Assembly (NCBI RefSeq): GCF_009914755.1
Contig: NC_060937.1
Length of the DNA stretch: 64,000 nt
Direction: 5' to 3' (one strand)
Origin: the human T2T-CHM13v2.0 reference genome, Homo sapiens
The notes under the pieces are model-generated. The model was not told the DNA's origin. It worked only from the letters and a program-made list of their open reading frames with translations, and did not search any database. Both the position numbers and the translations under genes were made by a program. Shown one piece after another: positions 56,401 to 64,000 of the stretch (within the stretch, counting starts at the first letter, position 1; every line of letters begins with the position of its first letter).

Positions 56401-56609
56401 GGTTATCAATGTTTTAATATTAATGAAAAGTTTCAACATTTGAAAGACTTGCAGAACTCAATTAAAAAATATTTCCCAAGTAATGCATAAAAAATCATGC
56501 ATGGGTTAAAGGTCCATTCTAAGTGAAAGATGGACTCTACAGGAACGATACAAGAAGCTCACTGATGTGGATCCTGATTCAACATTGCAACTAGCCTTTA
56601 AGAAACTAC

Positions 56610-57049
56610 TGTTACTGAATGGAAGGTCTTGACTGCGAGTTGTCCAGGTTCCTGGTGCAGCTGAATAAAGAATGGAACCAAACACACAAAGCAACAAAAG
56701 AAGTAAACAACGAAAGAAGCAAAAAAAGCGCAGATTTATTGTAGCAAAAGTACCCTCCAGAGTGGGAGCCAACTTGAGCCAGGGTCAAGAGTGCCCCCTT
56801 TAGGGTTTTTACTAAGCTAAAAGAATTTGGTAACACCCCTAGGTGACCTTTAGAGGCCTCCAATTGGCTGCACCCTATGAAAGATTAGCCTGCAACCAAT
56901 CAGAGGCTGAAGTGGAGACTGTCTTGTTATCACAGGTAGGAGGCTGTGGTCTGAGTGCTGCCTAATCTTGCCTAGAACTGGCTGTACCTGCTGTTCTTTT
57001 GCTTATGCCTTAGCCCTTGGTTACCCTAACTTCCTATTCTCCTGCCCCA
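56610..57049 (-). mobile_element. ERV1-class solo LTR (subfamily uncertain)
   Basis: Reverse strand starts TGGGGCAGGAGAATAGG and ends ...AGTAACA; contains CCAAT boxes and AATAAA; TSD CTAC/CGAC. Confidence 0.75.
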
Positions 57050-58624
57050 CGACCACTACAGAGTTTGGGCATGGTATCAAGTACTCACAATTAACTGCAA
57101 AGACGATTCAAATATCCCTTTTTCCAATTACCTATCTGTGTAAGGCCAGATTTTCTCCACATACTTCAACCAAAAATTTATTTAGGTATTCTATCTCTGA
57201 GTAATGTTTTATAGTTTTCAGTGTAGAGGTCTTGAACATCTTTTGTTAAGATATTTTCATAGGTATGCCATGGTTTGGGTGTCACTGTAAATGGGCTTTA
57301 TTTCATTTTCCAATTGTTTCTACTAGTACAAAAGAATGCATGCATGGGAAAGTATCTGCAGGCCAAAAAGGCTAAGACTCAGTGAGCTATTCTTGCAGTC
57401 AGTATAAACGTCAATTCTGGTGGACACAGAAATACCTAAGCTTATTCTCAATGTTAAAATGACAACCATATTTTTTAATAGAGCATTTTTTCTTCAAGTC
57501 CTGAAAAAAAAAAACCCCAAAAAACTTGTCTCAAATAAATACAAAATACACAGACTAACGCACCTTCACATACCCACCACCCAGATTTAACATCGGCCTG
57601 CACCAGTTGTGTTTGATCCTTGTCTCCACTCACCAGGGATCATGGGCTCCACTCATATTTTTATGGTTTGAAGCAAATTCCAGGCATGAAAGCAATTCCA
57701 TCATCACCATTTCCTTATGTATCACTAAATAAGAACTGAATATACTGGTGTAAATGACTCTAAACTAGAATATGACAAACTACTTCAATCATCCACTCAA
57801 GTGTGGATGTTGCCCTACTCTAGGTTCTATGCAACATTTTTGTTCCTAAGCAGTCATCTTCTGTCCAAAAATTCAAGACTAATCAAAAGTATGTTTACTG
57901 TGTTTTCAGAGATTCACGTTTTTCAGCAAATAATTAAGTCACTATAGAACACCTGGAATACCTTAGAAAACAGTCCAAACGGGATGGCATCAAGTTTCAT
58001 CTCTCTTAAAAACTCAGTAGTGTGGGTGGCTTCTTGGATCAGTCTGAGGCCAAATCTCAGTTCTAAGCTTGATTACTAGTGTCTGCCATAGGATGGGAGG
58101 CGGTGGCCTGGACAGCGCCATGCATTCTCTTCCTGTTCTCACTGTAATTTTTGCAAAACTTCCAAAGCATAATGCTCCCTCATTGTGGTCTATTAAGTTT
58201 TTACAAGAATATGCATGATGCAGTGAATGTTTTAAATTGCATATGTAGGCATGCCAGAATGGCTATATTGGTGCTATTTATAACTGTAATTCATATTCCT
58301 AAAAGGCTTACATTAATTAACAGTTGCTAAAACCAAAGAAGTTTAGAACATTATGGTTGCTGTCTTTTATGAAAATAAGCACCCAGGCACAATACTGAAC
58401 TGACATGCAATTCATCCTTCCTCCACAGAGGTTCAGTACCAACGGTGCCCATAAAACTAGAGTAGAAACTCAAAAATAGAAAAAACACCGTATGAAGAGT
58501 GTCAGAAGAGTCAAGTAAAATCTTATAAGCAAAATGAAACAATAGTAAACTTCTCTTCCCTTCCCATTCCTTCCACAGATATCCACACCCCGCCGGCCCC
58601 CAAGCCCAGAGAGAAACCCCAGGG

Positions 58625-59727
58625 ACACACTGAGTGTGAGAGTTTTTTATTCAATTTGTGAAGGACAGTTTTAGAACAAAATGTTAGTAACACTCTTAGA
58701 ACACTGGTTTGTTCATTTGACATTTTATCTGCACCAATTTTTATTACAAAAATCAAAAAAGTAAAAATTCATTACAATATTTGCAGAGTATAACCACTAG
58801 TTGCCTAGACAAAAGCTAATTTCTACAAAATCAAAAACTTAATGCAGTTTTATTAAGAGAGTCAAAATTCTCTCAGTTAACTGGATATACATAGTGGTAT
58901 ATATCTTAAAGCAGAAAACCCCAAAAAACAAAAACAAGGAAAAAAGAAAATACATGTCAACAGTCAGTTAAATATTTTGACCTGACAGTTTCTACAAATA
59001 GTGATTTTCACTACATATAAAGGAATCTGTTACATGTGGTAAAACTTCCAGAGACCAAGTAGGAAGTGTGGAATAAAAACAATAAATCCAAACGCAGCCC
59101 CAGGCTGGGCCTGTTTTCCATGAAGCCCAAGGCAGTGATCTTCATCATTAAGGAGGGACCACTGTGTCCACAACTAAAACCTTCAACCACATGGTGATCT
59201 GCAAAGCTTCATTGAAAAAGACAAACATTCTCTTCTTCACACAAATCACTGCAGAAATCTTTGTAAGGCTGTACCTTGCATAGGGAAATAGCTGTGTTCC
59301 GTCAAATTCTACAGAAAAGAGTGGAAGCAAGCTTTTTAAAATGATGCCCATGTGCAAAGAGATAAATTACCAGGCACCTGATTTACCACCCCAATTTATC
59401 TTGATCATATAATCTTTTAACAAAAAGAAAAATGGCAATATCTGGTGACAGTATTAAAAAGACAATGTTGAGATTGGCATCAGAAAAACTCCAAAAGTGC
59501 ACCTTATAAAAAGGACACCTCACTGTAGAAACATCTATGCACTTAGTAAGCCCTACTCATGCACAAACAAGCAGTTGCTGGGAACTTGTCGAAGTTTACT
59601 TTTTCAGAAAGTTGAAGTATATAAAAAAAGTACAAGTTGTGACATTCGTTCAAGTTGCTGCTACATGGGTATTCTGAGCTGGCTACCAGGAAGGACTCCT
59701 GCGTTTCCAAGAGCCAGGTCAGCGTCT
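58625..59727 (-). other. ANKRD10: ANKRD10 3' UTR
   Basis: Repeat-free, U-rich on the minus strand, between the TAG stop and the clustered AATAAA signals. Confidence 0.8.
58646..58854 (-). terminator. ANKRD10: ANKRD10 polyadenylation signals (AATAAA at 58849-54, 58740-45 and 58646-51)
   Basis: Three TTTATT hexamers on the + strand; the last is followed on the minus strand by GU-rich CAGTGTGTCCCTGGGGTTTCT. Confidence 0.7.
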
Positions 59728-60234
<507 letters not shown>

Positions 60235-63200
60235 TCAGAACCAATGAGGGAGGAGAAACTATAAAATGCTTCACTGCCATTACAATTTTAAAGAATTTTA
60301 GTTTCTTTTTTTTCCTTTTAAACCAGTTCTTTTTTCAAAGTAAAATCAATGTGCATAAGTAGACTTACTATTAAAACGTTAACAGTAGTATTTGCCTGGT
60401 AAGATAGGAAAATCATATGTGTGTCAGTAGCATCAGGTAGCTCAACTGAAAAATGTAAGCTGACAAATACACTGCATGAAAAATACCAACACAGTCCTGA
60501 AAAGCCATCAATAAAGTGCTCTCATTTTAAGACTACTTTCGAGAGCGGTTTTTAAAAAATCGCCCCTGAAAAGGTCCATCAGAACTGAGTGTAAAGTGTT
60601 CTACAGAGGGTTCCAACAGAACACAAACTTCTCTAGTTCTCAAGCGAAAATGGAAAAAAAGGTAAATGAAGTGAATTAAGGAAGCTCTTTGAACTATGTA
60701 TGACAGCATCACATGAGGTTTTTAAAAAATCTTCTCTCCTCATAAATCAGGTAGGGACTCTTGACCCTCTCCTAAGTCTCAAATCAGGGCTATTAAAAGG
60801 AACCACTGTTTTTATTTTTTTCAGTAGCACAGAAATCTACGTAGTACTTCTGCCAAATGCCACATGAGAGCAGTGGCAGAATACAGAGAGACCGGCGACC
60901 ACAGCAAGGAACTGTAACGGCCAACAGTCCTCAGGCATGCAGGCCTGGGCCAACAGCACAACGCAGAGTCGCTTCTTCTCAGTCCAGCAATTAAAATGAC
61001 CATGGCAGCCAGGGTTTCATTAGGTTACTTTCAAAAACCACCTTTGCTGGAAAAAATGTTGGTAGTTTAATCTGCATATACGGACATCTATCAGGAGGGA
61101 GACGTCTTATGGGATAAAACGTCCATCATGGAACATCTGGGTACACCAGGACAGGCAATGACAAGTTATTCTTCTGTATACTGGAACTTGAGAATCAGTA
61201 ATATTCATGTTCACAGGAATTCACGTAACAGTATAAGGGATGATCTAAAATTATCTCTAACTCGGTAATACTAGATTTTATCTCAATGTTCTTCACTACC
61301 AAAGCAAAGCATGTTATTAAATCTAGAAGAGCTCAGTTCTAATAACTTTTAGAATGAGGACGCAGCTTAAATACATCCGATTACCCTAACATGTCACACA
61401 CCATGGGACTCTTCCCATAGAGGGCTTCCCCTCCATCTCACCTCCTGTAAACCTCTGACAGAGGCTTCTGATATGTCCTGCAAGTCTTCCTGCCAATAAA
61501 GGATCACGGCTTCTTCAGTGAATGGAAACATTATCTAAATATTCCATTAATCATCCTTTTTTTTATATTTAAGCAACATAGTTTAATAATTGCTATAAAT
61601 TCTTCACAGGACAATAGATTTTTTTCCCCCAAATTAAATGATAGCTTTTCTATTTGGCTAAAATCCTAGACTAGAAAACAAGTGTTTCAATAGAAAATAA
61701 AAACTGAAATAAAACAAGTTATTCCCAGGGGAAATTCATATGAATTTTTTCAAAAACAAAGTATAAACAATGTTTTCCTAGGTGACAAAACTCAAATATG
61801 ATGGCAACCTTGACAGTTGTTTATTGTGTGTATAGTTTTTACTAAGAGAATAAAGTAGGTAGAATTTTACTTCAGTGCCCAGTTAATCTGTTCAATTATT
61901 TAATCTCAAAATCAAGGCTGGTTGGTAAGCTCATGTTGTTACAGAGAATCTAATAAAACTAAGCATAACAACAGTGGGCACCTCAGACCTACTGAGGCAG
62001 AGCACGCACATCACGACCTCCAACGCTCTCCCTTCCTCTGCTCCCAGCTGCCAGCCAAGACCCGCACTTCCCTTCTGTCTGCCCGGCCAGCCCTCGGATC
62101 CCACGAACATCCAAACACAATGCTGGGGATGAGGTTTCAGACAAGATCCTACTTCTCTTCCAGCCAACCCCATAGAGAAGATCAGGATTTAGAAGCAAGC
62201 ACCCTCCTATCCGAGCCCTTTCCAGGGGTGGGGACACTTGACCCTCCCGAGTCTCAAACTAGGGGCATTTAAAATGCAAAGATAGCTGTACACAGTTGTT
62301 CAAAAATGTAGAATTCTTGGAAATAATTTTGGCAGAACAAAAATTTGAAGTTACTCAAGTGTTTAAAGGAGAGCAGCCTGACTTTTGGTCTGATTCTCAA
62401 AGGACTGTGAAGGCAGCTCCCTCAAGCTTCCAGTGGACGTGGAGTGCCATGTCCCACAAGGAAAGCCTCGAGTAATCTCTAGTGATTTAACACATTGCTT
62501 ACTCAGTCAGAGTGTCATAAATCAAATGATGGGAAACACAGGGTGTATGGACTCGGCATCTGGTAGACGGGATGGGCTGGGTTTTTCAAAAGTATGTTCC
62601 AGCTTGGATAAAGTTTAACAAATAACTAATGTCTGAGGAATAAAAGGTGGCCACTTCTGCCTATTCAAAAGAAGGTAGCAAGGTCACTTTTAAAAAAAGC
62701 AGGATTTGAGTTTTGTTATGGATCTTTAGCTAAGGTCAAATAGCCCCTGACTACAGAAAACCTATTATTTTAAATATACTAACTGATCTGAATTTCTCTA
62801 CTGGGAAGAAGGTGACCACAGCAATTCTGTAGCTTCCAGAAAGATGAACACATTTTCTTTTAAGTTTAGTGAACACAAATGATTTTTTTCATGTGGGTTT
62901 GGGAAACAATATACATACTCTTCTTTTTTTCATCCCCAGTGAAGAATTTGCATAAAGACATAATAAACTTAAAAAAAATCTACTTCTAAATATTCATACA
63001 TGTTAAGAGAATGGCTAAAAATGTTTTTGTAGTCACCTGAATAAAAAAGCAATAGCTAAATGGACAAATCATTTTAGATATTCTAAATGCTATAAGAACT
63101 GAGCTGCTTCTGCTTCTTAAAAATTGGAAACAGGAATACTGTTTTAATATACTAAAAACATTAATGTATAAAATGTGTGTCGTGAAACACAGTGTTTACC

Positions 63201-63625
63201 ATTTTAACAGACTCAGAATGAAGACCACAGAAACCAGAGCAACCAAGTCCTGGGTAAAAGATTCCATGCTGGAGTGACTGGGCTGAGTCAGAACCACATT
63301 TACTAGTTTCTCAGTGTTTACTGCTAGTCGTCCTCTTTGTGGTATATTGGTTTGAAAATATTAACTGTAGCATGTTCGGTATATTCACCCAAAGGCCATA
63401 TGTCAGAAAATTAAAAATGCAAACCTCATTAAAAATAAGCAAGGCACATTAAGCAATAGCTTCAAATCAGAATAAAGATTGCACTTACATTTTTCATGTC
63501 CACAGAATATACCCAAAACACTTCTTGTATCTACAAACTTGCCCAAGATATGCAAATTATAGTATAACATTTTTAAAAAGACACTGGACAACAAAGTGCA
63601 AAACATCTGAGAAAAACTTATGTTA

Positions 63626-63937
<312 letters not shown>

Positions 63938-64000
63938 TCAGACACACAGTTTACATTATTTTGTGTGAGCACTGAACACTTTAAACAATCACATAAAAAA

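Noticed and set aside
58110-58119. REST right half-site GGACAGCGCC
   Set aside because: No left half-site; insufficient on its own.

Overview
Human (primate) genomic DNA, not prokaryotic: it is dense in Alu, L1, MIR, MaLR, ERV LTRs and DNA-transposon fossils. The right end holds the last two coding exons and 3' UTR of ANKRD10 on the minus strand, recognised from the protein sequence, which places the window at 13q34. About 8 kb further along the same strand lies the lncRNA PRECSIT/LINC00346 with its 164-aa C13orf29 ORF; its identity and extent are recalled or inferred, not verified. The remaining ~44 kb is TE-rich intergenic DNA. I found no confidently new biological system. The best leads are: (1) an LTR12C followed by a perfect splice donor; (2) an old 33-bp minisatellite that stays open in two Cys/His-rich frames; (3) an Alu with a fold-back template-switch scar; (4) an open read-through extension of the penultimate ANKRD10 exon; (5) PBX/MEIS/HOX and p53 motif clusters in unique DNA. 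Repeat subfamily names come from remembered consensus sequences, and boundaries of old repeats are approximate.
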